A stretch of DNA of 63,358 nucleotides, filler included, from Octopus bimaculoides (Eukaryota): the NCBI RefSeq assembly GCF_001194135.2. It is 7 parts of 5 records of this genome, joined end to end, with 100 filler letters (N's around TTAATTAATTAA, not from the genome) between each part and the next. Parts side by side here need not be neighbours in the genome. Positions count along the whole stretch, not along the records: positions 45,337 to 58,048 come from NC_068987.1; positions 58,149 to 62,179 come from NC_068984.1; positions 62,280 to 63,358 come from NW_026303104.1; 4 more parts are not named here. One strand, written 5' to 3'. Each line of letters opens with the position of its first letter. Positions within the stretch are counted from its first letter, which is position 1. Below, in pieces: positions 50,920 through 63,358 of this stretch. The position numbers were made by a program, and so were the translations under genes. The notes under the pieces were generated by a model, which saw nothing but the letters and a program-made list of their open reading frames with translations, was not told the DNA's origin and did not search any database.

Positions 50920-51473
50920 NNNNNNNNNNNNNNNNNNNNNNNNNNNNNNNNNNNNNNNNNNNNNNNNNNNNNNNNNNNNNNNNNNNNNNNNNNNNNNNNN
51001 NNNNNNNNNNNNNNNNNNNNNNNNNNNNNNNNNNNNNNNNNNNNNNNNNNNNNNNNNNNNNNNNNNNNNNNNNNNNNNNNNNNNNNNNNNNNNNNNNNNN
51101 NNNNNNNNNNNNNNNNNNNNNNNNNNNNNNNNNNNNNNNNNNNNNNNNNNNNNNNNNNNNNNNNNNNNNNNNNNNNNNNNNNNNNNNNNNNNNNNNNNNN
51201 NNNNNNNNNNNNNNNNNNNNNNNNNNNNNNNNNNNNNNNNNNNNNNNNNNNNNNNNNNNNNNNNNNNNNNNNNNNNNNNNNNNNNNNNNNNNNNNNNNNN
51301 NNNNNNNNNNNNNNNNNNNNNNNNNNNNNNNNNNNNNNNNNNNNNNNNNNNNNNNNNNNNNNNNNNNNNNNNNNNNNNNNNNNNNNNNNNNNNNNNNNNN
51401 NNNNNNNNNNNNNNNNNNNNNNNNNNNNNNNNNNNNNNNNNNNNNNNNNNNNNNNNNNNNNNNNNNNNNNNNN

Positions 51474-51526
<53 letters not shown>

Positions 51527-52964
51527 TATAAGCAAAACATAGAAAGATGGCGCCGTTCCGCATTAAGAACATATCGGAAATTTACCGAAGGAGGTTAGAA
51601 ATCAAAGATAAATTCTATCTCAGGGAAGACCCGACTTCCTAAATGTGTTAGAATTAGAGGAAATATGCACAGACAAATATAAATAGAACAAAGTTGAGTA
51701 AGGTGTATGAAGCAATCAATAGTCAGCAGTGAGGGTTGTTTAAAAAAATAGCAGTGGTTGCTTTTTATATGACCCGGTTTTGAAATCTTGAAAGGAACTC
51801 AAATTATAGTACACTCACATACGCGCACGCATACTCACACACACATGAACACAACCATACGAATCTGTGCGTATATGAATATATGTATATGCATGTATCT
51901 ATCTATTTGTATATGTATATATACACACATTTATATACGTTCATATATAGATACAAACACACACACATGTGTATATACATATAATTATATATACATATAT
52001 ATATGTGTTTGTGTGCTCTGAGACATACATACGGACAGACATACGTATGTAAATATATGAATGCATTGATATATATATNNNNNNNNNNNNNNNNNNNNNN
52101 NNNNNNNNNNNNNNNNNNNNNNNNNNNNNNNNNNNNNNNNNNNNNNNNNNNNNNNNNNNNNNNNNNNNNNNNNNNNNNNNNNNNNNNNNNNNNNNNNNNN
52201 NNNNNNNNNNNNNNNNNNNNNNNNNNNNNNNNNNNNNNNNNNNNNNNNNNNNNNNNNNNNNNNNNNNNNNNNNNNNNNNNNNNNNNNNNNNNNNNNNNNN
52301 NNNNNNNNNNNNNNNNNNNNNNNNNNNNNNNNNNNNNNNNNNNNNNNNNNNNNNNNNNNNNNNNNNNNNNNNNNNNNNNNNNNNNNNNNNNNNNNNNNNN
52401 NNNNNNNNNNNNNNNNNNNNNNNNNNNNNNNNNNNNNNNNNNNNNNNNNNNNNNNNNNNNNNNNNNNNNNNNNNNNNNNNNNNNNNNNNNNNNNNNNNNN
52501 NNNNNNNNNNNNNNNNNNNNNNNNNNNNNNNNNNNNNNNNNNNNNNNNNNNNNNNNNNNNNNNNNNNNNNNNNNNNNNNNNNNNNNNNNNNNNNNNNNNN
52601 NNNNNNNNNNNNNNNNNNNNNNNNNNNNNNTGTATGCATGTATGTATCTTTGTATCTATCTAGCTACACACTCACACGCACGCACTCAGGGAGCGCAAAC
52701 CTCCGCCAACACGAACGTTCTCTCAACAATTAGCCAGAAATGATTTTTAAAATGAGAATATCTGAAATAAACTCGACTGCTCTCACAAATGAGAATTCGA
52801 AAAATGTTTAGCCGCGAGTAAGCTCTGAATGAGTTAGGTGCACAATCTACGGGCACTCCAGCCGTGACCTCCTTTAGATGCTATACCCAGGAGGCCAGGT
52901 TATCTAATGTTTAGATACGTAAGTTTCGGAACGTATAATGCATGTTATGTTATGTTATTGTATG

Positions 52965-52996
<32 letters not shown>

Positions 52997-53467
52997 GGCG
53001 CGTAGCTTAGTGGTTAGGGTATTCGGCTTACAATCGCATGGTCGTGAGTTCAATTCCCGGCACTGCATCTAATCTATTAAGAAAATCTTTATTAATACCA
53101 AAATATAACAATAGCGTTAAAAGATTTTAAACTCGCTTTAAATGATTGTACTGGTTAAAAAATCATTCTCATGATCTCTTGCTGCCTACTCAAAGCACAC
53201 ACAAAAATAAAACCGCACCAGAGTTAGTTCTTCCTTTATTCAGAAACTGGGACCCGAGAAGTTTTGAAAATAGTAATGTTCATTGGAAAGTTATTGCTTG
53301 AAACTAAATATAAAATAGCTAGTATTGAAATGTGAATATTCTTTAGGAAATAATGAATAAAATCGAATAGAATCACATCTTCAATGTTATATGTCTGAAA
53401 GAAAATCCTGTTTCTTCATATACATATACATACACAACACACACACACATATTTATCTATACATCTA

Positions 53468-53520
<53 letters not shown>

Positions 53521-53722
53521 NNNNNNNNNNNNNNNNNNNNNNNNNNNNNNNNNNNNNNNNNNNNNNNNNNNNNNNNNNNNNNNNNNNNNNNNNNNNNNNN
53601 NNNNNNNNNNNNNNNNNNNNNNNNNNNNNNNNNNNNNNNNNNNNNNNNNNNNNNNNNNNNNNNNNNNNNNNNNNNNNNNNNNNNNNNNNNNNNNNNNNNN
53701 NNNNNNNNNNNNNNNNNNNNNN

Positions 53723-53760
<38 letters not shown>

Positions 53761-54420
53761 TGTGTATGCATATAAAGGTATATGTGTATGTATATGTACT
53801 TATAGTTTCTTTTTAGCCTCTTGCCAACAATCATAACTTGCTATTCCAAATTTATTTGGCACCTTAAAAACATCGTCTCTTAAAGATGACTCAAAGAGTT
53901 GTTCCGCGCCGAAAAAAGAAAAACAAAGAAAAAAGAAAAAAAAAGTGAAATCAGGAATGCAAGCCTGTATTGCCGATAGATGAATTTGTGTCAAGGTTTC
54001 AGATCTTGATTTTTTTTTCACTATATATTGATATATATGCGTGACCCATTTTCACGAAAATAAAATAAAATAAAATAAAATAAAGTGAAATAATTCACTC
54101 TCTCTCAACACGTTATCCTCCTCACCACAAAATGTTCATGTGTAGAATTATTTTGCACTATATAAAAGAAGTTGGGTGCTGAGTATCGACTGATAAGGAA
54201 AGGCAACATGTTGAAGAATAAATATTTATATGTTATGTCGTATATCAGTTATTTATTTGTATTGATAACCTTTTAAAGCTTTAACTGACGTTAGTTTCTT
54301 CTGTTTTCTGTTTTATCTTTACGCCACCAGAGACACAGTAACACACTTGGTTACCCTAATGGTTTTAGAGAATCTCTTTCAAAGGTCTGTTGTACATCAA
54401 GTCATTGAAAATTAACGACA

Positions 54421-54812
54421 GGCACAGGCATAGCTGTGTGATTAAGAAGCTCACGTTGCAAGCATCTGGTTTATAGTCCAGGTCCACTGAACGGAATGAA
54501 CTTTAGGCGTCTTCTACTTACATATCCGAGCCGACCAATGTCTTGTGGGTGAATTTAGTACGGGGAAACTGTGCGGAAGCCGTTGTAAACAAATAAATAA
54601 ATATATATGTGTTTGTTTGTGTGTGTGTGTGTGTGTGTGTCGTTGTGATTGTTCACCCTACCTCTTGGTATGTTTGCATCCCTCTATCTTAGCGGCTCAG
54701 CAAAAGAAACTGATAGACTAAGTAACATTAAAAAAAAACAAAAAAACCGGATCAACTTTTCGACTAAACCCTTCAAGGCAGTGCTCCAGTATGGCCACAG
54801 TCCAATGTTTGA
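54421..54812 (+). mobile_element. SINE family A (diverged)
   Basis: GGCACAGGCATAGCTGTGTG head, (TG)n centre, ...GTGCTCCAGTATGGCCACAGT tail; inverted diverged copy at about 57303-57803. Confidence 0.8.
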
Positions 54813-55409
54813 AACACCCAGATACTCGTACATTATTTTATCGACCCTGGAGTGATGAAAAACTAAAGTTGTTTGCGGCGGGATTTGAACTCAGAACATT
54901 ATGAGCTACAAGAACTATCGCAAAGTATTTTTACCGACGCTCAAACTGTTCTACCACCTTGTCATCTTGATGATAATAAAAATAGTTCTTTCTAATTTTG
55001 GCGCAGGGCCAACCATTTCAGGGGAGGAGGAAGTCAATTACCTCAATCCTAATGCTGAACTGGTATATATTTTATCAGTCTGAAAAGGATGCAAAACAAA
55101 GTCGACCTCGGCCCTGTTTGAATTCAGAACGCAAAGAACTGGAAGAAATGCTGCAAAACATTTTTCTGGCGCTCTAACGATTTTGACAGATGATAATAGA
55201 AATAATGGAAATCAGACACATCTAACATGACTGAAACCGGGTCAGCAAGATGATTTGAACTGCTCATTATAATGACAAGACAAGAAGTGTATTTTTTAAT
55301 CTTGCCAAATCCTAGCGATCGATAGATCGTGATTTCAACTCTTAAACCGGGTGGTGCGTTGTGTTCTTCAGCAAAACGCTCATATGTCGTCTTCGACAGA
55401 TGTCATACA

Positions 55410-55443
<34 letters not shown>

Positions 55444-55854
55444 CATATATACNNNNNNNNNNNNNNNNNNNNNNNNNNNNNNNNNNNNNNNNNNNNNNNN
55501 NNNNNNNNNNNNNNNNNNNNNNNNNNNNNNNNNNNNNNNNNNNNNNNNNNNNATCAAACTTCGAATGAAAGAGAATCACAAAATCATGAACTGTTTCATT
55601 GATTAGAGTAACACGAATCATAAAAGAAAAATCACTGTAAAGAAAGAACTGAAGCTGGCTTTGAATTTATATTCTAATAACGATTGGTTTGATTATTTTT
55701 TTTAGCAGTAAAGAAAGAAGTTCAACGTTGTACTTCATGGTCGTTGGCAGATTTAAACATTTTAATTAACAGGGTGAAATCATTTGAAATATTTCGAATA
55801 TTAAAAATCATATATATGATATATTATAAGTCCAAATGTGCGTCGACAAAATTG

Positions 55855-56075
55855 TATGTATGTATGTATGTATGTATGTATGTATGTATGTATGCATGTA
55901 TGTATGTATGTATGTATATATGCATGCATGTATGTATGTATTTATGTATGTATGCATGTATGTATGTATGTATGCATGTATGTATGTATGCATTGCTTTA
56001 CACACACACGTATATACAATTTGCCACTCACATATACACGTATGAATATATATATATTTATTATGTATGTCCATG

Positions 56076-56127
<52 letters not shown>

Positions 56128-56130
56128 CAT
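55855..56130. repeat. (TATG)n/(TA)n microsatellite field
   Basis: Seen directly; one of dozens of TA, TG, TATG and CT tracts in the window. Confidence 0.95.
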
Positions 56131-57266
56131 ATATATATATGTTTCACACATGCCTACACACATATATAAAATATACATATGTATGAGTTGATATGGATAA
56201 CCAGTATATACATACATGTATCTGTTCACATCATATTGACATCTTACAAATGGAAAAGCAAGCTGACTAATTTCGAATTTTCGCCGATGGTGTCGTCTGA
56301 TTGTAAACACCTATTTTATACCTAATAATTTCATATCGGGCCGTACAATGACTTGCTTGCAGGTAAATTTATAAAATTCACAACCTGTGGAACATTTACG
56401 AAAGCTCAACTGATTTGGCACATACATGTATTTATGTCGTGATCATGTAGGAACAGACTGTGCCTTGGGAGGAACACATAAAAGGGCCTTACGAAAGTGA
56501 GTTCACCAAATACCAAGTACTGGTAAAGTAGTGCAGAAGCTAAGGCTGGCGGCACGTTGCGATCAGCTGAAGTAGGCTGTCAGTGGTCGTGGTGTGTTGA
56601 GACTGTTAAGCTCTGAGTTACTGGTGCTACAATGCTGAAGGTATACATTCTATCAACGAAACTGTAGAGATGGTCATTAGATGGTTTCGAATAAAGAGGA
56701 TAGAATAGTGGTCTGTTGCTCTTGTAATGCAAATTGAGATTTGATCAATCCCGACTGAGTCAACTTGGCGAGGAGTGTCTGATGATGAAAGACTGAATCT
56801 TTCGAAGATCTTAGAAACAATCACTGTTGATGTTTCCTCACTTGAGCATCTGTTTGTTGTATCTTGGAACTACCAGTTCTTGCGGTTGGACTATTTGTGT
56901 GGGCGAAGAAAAGAAGTTTAGGCTAGCGAGAACAGACAGGATGTGAGTGATGAAGCCGTTTGAGCAGCTGAAGCCAAATCAGAGTTACTTAACTATTTCT
57001 TAGTTAAAACAAATAAAACAAATACATTGTCGTTTAAAATACTATTAGTAGGGAAATATTATGCTGACTGATATCACTCACGCAGGAAGATGGGATTGGC
57101 TTTGAAGAACTGATTAAAATGCGCAAGAGGAACACAATGAATAAAAACATATGCACGTGGCAAATTTGATATACTTTTCTATATACCTAGATACATACAA
57201 ATATTTACACATATACGGAACCATATGCTCGTTTCTCTCTCTCCCTCTCTCTCTCTCTGCAGAAAG

Positions 57267-57300
<34 letters not shown>

Positions 57301-57510
57301 TCACTGGATTGCGACCATGCTGGAGCACTGCCTCCGAGGCTGTGGTCGTACAAATAGAGCACAGTATTTATTTTGTTCCCATTATAAGTTTGGTACTTAT
57401 GTTACCGGTCTTTTGTGCCGAACCGAAAAATTTACGTGGACGTACACAAACCAGCACCGGTTGTCAAGCGGTGGAGGCGGTGGAGGAACGAACACAAAGA
57501 CACGCATATA

Positions 57511-57561
<51 letters not shown>

Positions 57562-59335
57562 GTATAAATATACATATATATATTATATACATACAGATAT
57601 AAATATATATACATACACTTGCAAACGCACATATAAATGCGATGAGATTCCACACAGTTTTCGTCTACCAAATTTAACTTCAATCATTGGCTGGCGCCTG
57701 GTACTATCGTCAAAGAACTTGCTCAAGTGTTGCGCAGTGAATTGGATCCTGAAAGCCACGTGGCTGCATAGACAACTTCTGAAGCACACAACTGTGCATG
57801 TGCCTATACTTCTAATTATTTTAAAATATACATATCAAATTTCCTTTAAACATGACATAAATTATTTATAATATAAAAACATGAAACTGAGGACAGTACT
57901 GTCTATTATTTATGAAGTGCTGACTAGAATCCTCATATTATTTATAAAACATCTGCCCTTGAATAACGACTCTGTATATTAAATACAAGGTTTCTTTTTA
58001 TAACAGTATATATATACATACATACATACATATGTATATATATATATANNNNNNNNNNNNNNNNNNNNNNNNNNNNNNNNNNNNNNNNNNNNTTAATTAA
58101 TTAANNNNNNNNNNNNNNNNNNNNNNNNNNNNNNNNNNNNNNNNNNNNTCACAACGCCCGGTCTGGGAATCGAAACCGCGATCCGCGAGTCCGCTGCCCT
58201 AACCACTGGGCCATTGCGCCTCCACTCTTCCTACACAAAACACAACACACACCCTATACAATCATCACTCTATAACATTGTGTAACAAAATTTCTAGTTA
58301 TTTATTTATTTATTTGTCTTTGGCCAGTAAGTGTTATTTTCTATTTCCTTCTATCTAGAAATCAAAGGAAATGACTACTATTCCCTTCAGACTTTGCTTT
58401 TGTAACCTAGGCATCAATGTTTTGAAACTGACCTAGTTTCCATTACATTTCAGACAGATTCAGCACTGAGTTGCTTAAGCAGAAACATCGTTATAGCAAA
58501 TATTCTACTCAGTACCACAGATTTACTTGACCATAACCACTTGAGCATGTCCCTTAGTGACTGACAATATGTGCATCTCTGATCATGAACAGGAGTTGTG
58601 AGTGAGCATCATAAGCATGTGATGAGAAGAATTCTGTGGGGTTTGAATAAATGTAAGAAAAGCAAAATTTGAAGGAAATATTAGCTATTTTTCGTATTTT
58701 CTGGAGGTAAGCAAATCAAAAATAACAGTAGCTACCCACGGACAAAAATCATGTTACACAGTATAATAAAACAGAATCCACCCAGTACATAACTCTAAAC
58801 AATCACCACATAGTAACACATCATATATTCTCACCTAATAGACACTCGGCACTATGATACATCTCAGACATCGCCAGCATCTCTCACAATTCATAATCTA
58901 CACAATGAACACCCAACAATATAATGCAACCCACAGAACCTACGAAGCATAAACAAAATACAATCAATGCCCAACAAAATAATGAAGATCACATTGTACA
59001 ATTTATATTCTACACTACAACAAAGATGGGGTACAAGCGCAGGCACAGGCAACCTTCCTCGAGAAGCAGCCCGCACGAGACATGGCTCATCATCTGGCAA
59101 GCTGCACTAGTAAAAAGATTATGCATGTTATTTTCTTTGGGAAATTAAGCGTGCCAATCAGAAGGTCTCGTGGGTTTCTATTTGCTTATGTCATAAATAA
59201 TAAAACTTAGAAACAAAACATACAAGCGGCATACGAGCACAGTTCTACAACCACAAAAAGAAAAAGAAAAATGTTACAGAACAGGGTAGTGTATCTGTTG
59301 GTGCATTATAAACTCGCATAGAACTGTTGAAAAAC

Positions 59336-59368
<33 letters not shown>

Positions 59369-59455
59369 ATGATGGTGGTGGTGGTGGTGGTGGTGGTGGT
59401 GGTGGTGGTGATGATGATGATGATGATGATGTCGATGATGACGATGACGACAATG
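59336..59455. repeat. Compound (GAT)n(GGT)n(GAT)n repeat
   Basis: Seen directly in the sequence. Confidence 0.95.
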
Positions 59456-60589
59456 ATTTCATAAACTCTCTGAATCCTAATGATTTTCTCTCTAACTGAT
59501 ATTTGCAAGTTTCCATGAACTAGTCTGCTGTTAATTAAATGTTTCACATCTCAGTCAAGAAATTCCCATCTAGAGAAGAAAGAAAAGAAAAACAAAAACG
59601 AAGCAAAACATTTAATTATCATGTTCCAATATTTACACAAGATTGATGATGTTCTGCCGGAAACATCGCCATCTTTGCTTCCCTCCTTCCCTTTCACCTA
59701 CTATCTCACTTCCTGTGTGTCGGCAGTAAATATCATGAATAAATAAATGAATAAAAATACAGAGACAGTTTAAAGTTCATTGCTATCTATTTTATTTATT
59801 TTTCCCCCTGTTATTTGTTTTTCCTACTGTAGTTTCCTCGTGTGAGTTATGATTATTGTTTGGGCAGCGCTACATAGCGCACAGAGTTATGAGTGGCAGA
59901 ATCGTCAAACACTAAACTAATGACTTCCTGTATCCGGTTACGTCTCTAGATTCTGGGTTCAAATCCCGAATAAAGTTGACTTTGTTTTTCAGCCTTCCGG
60001 GATCGATAAAACATGTGCCAGTTGTTGTTTCACCCTGATCAAATAATCAACTCTGATCAAACAGACCTGTAATTAAAAACATTCCAGCCTTGAACTTCCT
60101 GTCGAACGATTACATTGTCTTATGTGTCATTTCCTTTTTTAAGACAGTAGGATGTAATTTAAGGGAGATTTAGCTGCTTTTTCTGGAAGGTTGAGCGATA
60201 GCATAGAAGCTTTGATCAGCCCTAATCTAGCACGCCTATGATCAAAAGCATTCCAACTATGACCAACTGTCTTTTTTCCCAATGAACAAGAACCTTTGTT
60301 TACATAATCGAACGCCTCCATTTTGCTTTTAAACGGTCGGGTGTAATTTCAAGATGATTTGTTTGTGTGACCATAAGTCAAATACTGTGATTGATATTAA
60401 CGAGTATTTCCCTTTCCTTCCCAAAAATAAAACAAACTGTAGTCTCATGGCTATTCTGAAAATCATTCTTAACAGAGAGGCGGTTGCTGAGGGATGTGAA
60501 TGGTAGAACTAACTAAACACCAGGCACATGATTAGAGTTATTCAGTTTATTTGAGCTCAAATCTTATTAGGGTTAAGGTAGAACCATCT

Positions 60590-60755
60590 TAAGGCATTGG
60601 CACACTGAGCAGTTGCCAAGTAGCCCCACGGATCAAAGAGTCCGACAGCTCTAGGTTTACAATTCGAACATATGGATTGCTGTCAATAAATAAATACTAT
60701 TGGGCCCAGGGCATTGATTTTCCCAGGGGCCTACAATGCTGCTAATGCAGCTCTG
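60590..60755. mobile_element. Possible Harbinger-type MITE remnant
   Basis: CTTAAGGCATTGGCAC...GGGGCCTACAATGCTGCTAATGCAGCTCTG; TIRs poorly preserved. Confidence 0.3.
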
Positions 60756-60868
60756 AATTAAGGTGACGTTTCCTTCATGACAGGCTCAAATCCTACCGAA
60801 ACAACCTTACCTTTTATCTTTCCAGAATCGATAAATGAAATGCCAGACAAATATTGTAGTCGATCCGT

Positions 60869-60960
60869 CTTCTTCTTCTTCTTCTTCTTCTTCTTCTTCT
60901 TCTTCTTCTTCTTCTTCTTCTTCTTCTTCTTCTTCTTCTTCTTCTTCTTCTTCTTCTTCT
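60869..60960. repeat. (TTC)n trinucleotide repeat
   Basis: About 30 pure units; explains the poly-K, poly-F and poly-S ORFs. Confidence 0.95.
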
Positions 60961-61299
60961 CTGCCCTATCCCCACCCTTCAGTGATTGGAATTCAGACAA
61001 GGAAACAGTTTGGTCGAATGAACATGGTGTGGATGAGCGTGCTGCAAGAAGAATATAAGAAACAAAAAATATAGTACTCTCAACTTAAACACACGCACAC
61101 ACACACACATCAAACATACGCACGCCCTATAAACATATGCATGCACATAAAAAATGTGTGCGTTTGTCCGTGTAAGCCCATGTATATGTTGAGTCGCGTA
61201 TGTTATATTAATAATATTAATCTAAGTGTGCAGACGACAGCAACCAACAATAATATCAATGTAAGAGATAATGAAATCGTTATTATCGTTCATTAAGAA

Positions 61300-61346
<47 letters not shown>

Positions 61347-61366
61347 TGATGATGATGATGATGATG

Positions 61367-61423
<57 letters not shown>
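61300..61423. repeat. Compound (AAT)n(GAT)n(AAT)n repeat
   Basis: Seen directly; (CTA)n also at about 61956-62006. Confidence 0.95.
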
Positions 61424-61425
<2 letters not shown>

Positions 61426-61953
61426 GAAAAATAACTAATATATATTCATTTATTTCGATTAACTTTTTCTATAACCAAAAAATGATATCTTTGTCGTCAT
61501 CATCATCATCATCATTTTCATCATTCTCGTTTTAAAGACCGCTTTCCTACGTTTGCATGAACCAGACAGAATTCATAGAAGCACGTTCTGAGTTCAAATT
61601 CCGCCGAGGTCGACTTTGCATTTCATCATTTCGGGGTCGATGAATTAAGTACCAGTTGCGTACTGGGTCGATGTAATCGACTGGCCCCTCCCCCAAAATT
61701 TCGGACCTTGTGCCTTGAGTAGAAAATGAATTCATTGAAGCAGAATTTTCTACGGCCGGATGCCCTTACTGTCGTAGATCATCATTTGTTCCCAAGCAAG
61801 GTAATATTTCCCCATGGCCAAACGTTTCTTCACGGAAGACTGGAAACGAACAATATCATTCGTATGACGTGACGTTAGTTTGCAACTATCAAAGATACAC
61901 GCACGCACGCGCGCACACACACACACACGCACGCACACACTCACAGACACACG

Positions 61954-62006
<53 letters not shown>

Positions 62007-62278
62007 AATCTACTCAGAAAGCTTTGCTCAGCCAGAGGCTATTGTAGAAGAGACTTTCTCTTCGTTCTTAATATTAAAAAAAAACCCCATCAAACATATG
62101 GTGACTCTATAGTTAGTCTAAATAAATTTCAAAGAGAGAGGGGGGGAGACAAAGAAAGACAAAGAGGAGAATGATGAGANNNNNNNNNNNNNNNNNNNNN
62201 NNNNNNNNNNNNNNNNNNNNNNNTTAATTAATTAANNNNNNNNNNNNNNNNNNNNNNNNNNNNNNNNNNNNNNNNNNN

Positions 62279-62600
62279 NACAGATAAGTCCGGCAGGATG
62301 CCAATAGACAGCTTGCCGAACTACATGCAGGCAATGCGACCTCACATCGCCAGTACGAAAGTAACAACTTTACAGGCGTATGTGGAGATAGAAAAAGTCC
62401 TCAACGCCCGCATGATATGGACAATTGTTCTTGGACCTCAGAACCGTACAGCCAAAAATTTACAAGTCTGGAACAACGATATCCCGACACTGTATGTACT
62501 TCGCAAGGACCACAAAGTAACTACTGATCCTGTGGCGGGACCACCAACTCGACCAGTCTGTGGGGCGAATATCGCTAGCAACCACGTGAAATTTCTATTC
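62279..62600 (+). mobile_element. Penelope-like reverse transcriptase, N-terminal fragment
   Basis: IPTLYVLRKDHK...GPPTRPVCGA..ASN resembles the PLE pre-RT motif P.FY.LPK.HK...P.RP.VS; bounded by a gap on the left. Confidence 0.7.
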
Positions 62601-63358
62601 CATTTGACCAGTTTTTCGTTTCTTTGAAGAAACCGGCAAATTTCCTATTGTAAACTTTCAAAAAATACCCAACTTAAGTAATGGAAGATGGAATTCTCGG
62701 TCTATACTTGCTCTTTTGGCATTTATTCTTCTGCCAAAGAAAGAGTTTTATTTCTCAATGTTTGTCGATTCATCTCTGGGCAGCTGACCAAATATCCAAT
62801 GCACATGATTATCAGATGTTATTTGGTAGCCAGCTAGTTCATAAAAAAGCATTGGATTCTGTAAAACTTTTGGAGTCGAGAACCATTAAAACTGGAAATT
62901 TTCAGAGCGAATGAGAGTGCAGGAAAGGGCAATCAAGTGACTTCAAGATCTTTATGATGTTTTTACAAAGAAGGACAAACTTCGGCTTCGATTTATTTTA
63001 CCTAACACACCATATTAATTCTTTGTTATATTTAAAAATTTGCTAACATCCAGCACCCTTTTCCTTATACAGTTATTTAAAATAGGAATTAAACCTATAC
63101 AGTTAAAAATATGTATTGTCTTTAATTTTGTATGCTATCGAATGCTTGTAGCGGCTTCTGTCTTAAAATAGCCTAGTTTTGAACCTTTGCATAGTGAAAT
63201 TTCAATTCGGTAATCTTAAAAATGTATATATACACTTTTATTCCGCATCTCTCTTGCGTTTACAAGGATTTAGGCAGCAGAAATACAGAAGTGTGAATTT
63301 AGTGCCATTTAGTGATTATAGTTTTAAAAGCCCATAACTCCGAAACTACTTCAACTAG

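Noticed and set aside
51546-51641. ORF MAPFRIKNISEIYRRRLEIKDKFYLREDPTS with an AAGATGGCG start
   Set aside because: Only 31 aa, no recognised homology, and it sits next to a gap and microsatellite.
56778-56830. CTGATGA-T-GAAAGA(CTGAA)TCTTTC-GAAG hammerhead-like string
   Set aside because: A15 is replaced by G, there is no stem I pairing and no PLE context.
245-63000. Most ORFs in the six-frame track (YIYI, CVCV, LSIY, poly-K/S/F and X-rich ORFs)
   Set aside because: They are translations of TA, TG, TATC and TTC microsatellites or N-gaps, which lack stops by composition.
1-63358. CRISPR arrays, rRNA genes, prokaryotic operons
   Set aside because: No repeat-spacer arrays or rRNA-like sequence seen; the window is clearly intron-rich animal DNA.

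Overview
AT-rich, gapped eukaryotic scaffold, inferred from its repeat content to be a coleoid cephalopod, probably Octopus. It is dominated by microsatellites, tRNA-derived SINEs, LINE and Penelope fragments and MITEs. Two real genes can be reconstructed, both on the minus strand and both largely missed by the ORF track. (1) DNAJC7 (TPR + J-domain co-chaperone): seven consecutive in-frame exons (28322 to 21786), one intron with a GC donor; its 5' exons and terminal exon(s) are not visible. (2) The 5' end of adenylate kinase 8 (AK8): two exons (16056-15973, 11712-11628), with an RFX X-box and a forkhead site just upstream of the ATG. Most listed ORFs are microsatellite or gap artefacts. The best leads are a minimal hammerhead-like motif at a Penelope 3' end, an RTE LINE with a twin-priming-type inversion, an orphan SAP-domain ORF, and inverted SINE pairs around exons. 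I found no well-supported wholly novel system. Exon and inverted-repeat coordinates were counted by hand; repeat boundaries are approximate.
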